A DNA stretch of 64,000 nucleotides, taken from the NCBI RefSeq assembly GCF_006345805.1, contig NC_042998.1, positions 98,890,001 through 98,954,000 of the forward strand, written 5' to 3'. Position numbers and translations under genes: made by a program. Position 1 is the first letter of the stretch. Each line of letters begins with the position of its first letter. Source of the DNA: Octopus sinensis. Taxonomy: Eukaryota. Positions 63,828-64,000 of the stretch are shown here, piece by piece. The notes under the pieces were generated by a model, which saw only the letters and a program-made list of their open reading frames with translations, made no database searches and was not told the origin of the DNA.

Positions 63828-64000
63828 TACAGGTGTGGAAGGAGGGTCTAGAATCGAGGGGCCTTAGAGTCAACCTAGCTAAAACCAAAGTACTAATAAG
63901 TAGGAAGGTAGACAATCCACAAATGTCTTCAGGAAGATGGCCCTGCTCGATCTGTAGAAAAGGTGTAGGTAGAAACTCTATAAGATGTACCCAGTGTAAG
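63828..64000 (+). mobile_element. RTE LINE fragment running off the window end
   Basis: GLESRGLRVNLAKTKVLISR...GRWPCSICRKGVGRNSIRCTQC. Confidence 0.85.

Overview
AT-rich, microsatellite- and transposon-dense animal genomic DNA. The RTE/SINE repeat families look like those of coleoid cephalopods (Octopus-like); this is an inference from recognition, not a search. Protein-coding content is small. There is an intact, intronless SDHD ORF (9468-9989, +). There is one exon resembling the N-terminus of cytosolic carboxypeptidase 1 (CCP1/AGTPBP1; 10847-11213, -), whose gene would run leftwards and so contain SDHD antisense in an intron. A chain of small, phase-compatible minus-strand exons (58.7, 52.0, 46.3, 34.2 kb) suggests a second gene that I cannot name. 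The rest is mobile DNA: a full-length but disabled Gypsy element with both LTRs, PBS, PPT, 4-bp TSD and a G GGA AAC frameshift site; a third LTR copy; many RTE LINE fragments; R4/Dong-type ends in (TAA)n; Tc1/mariner elements (two are fold-backs); Helitrons (one with cargo); piggyBac-type MITEs; tRNA-derived SINEs; and a Penelope-like block with a complete minimal hammerhead ribozyme. The most unusual region is 7.6-11.8 kb: a perfect 114-bp inverted repeat brackets hammerhead-bearing repeat DNA, the intronless SDHD that starts directly at the end of that repeat, and the CCP1-like exon. No CRISPR array, rRNA or true tRNA gene is supported. All alignments were done by eye, so repeat boundaries are approximate unless termini are quoted.
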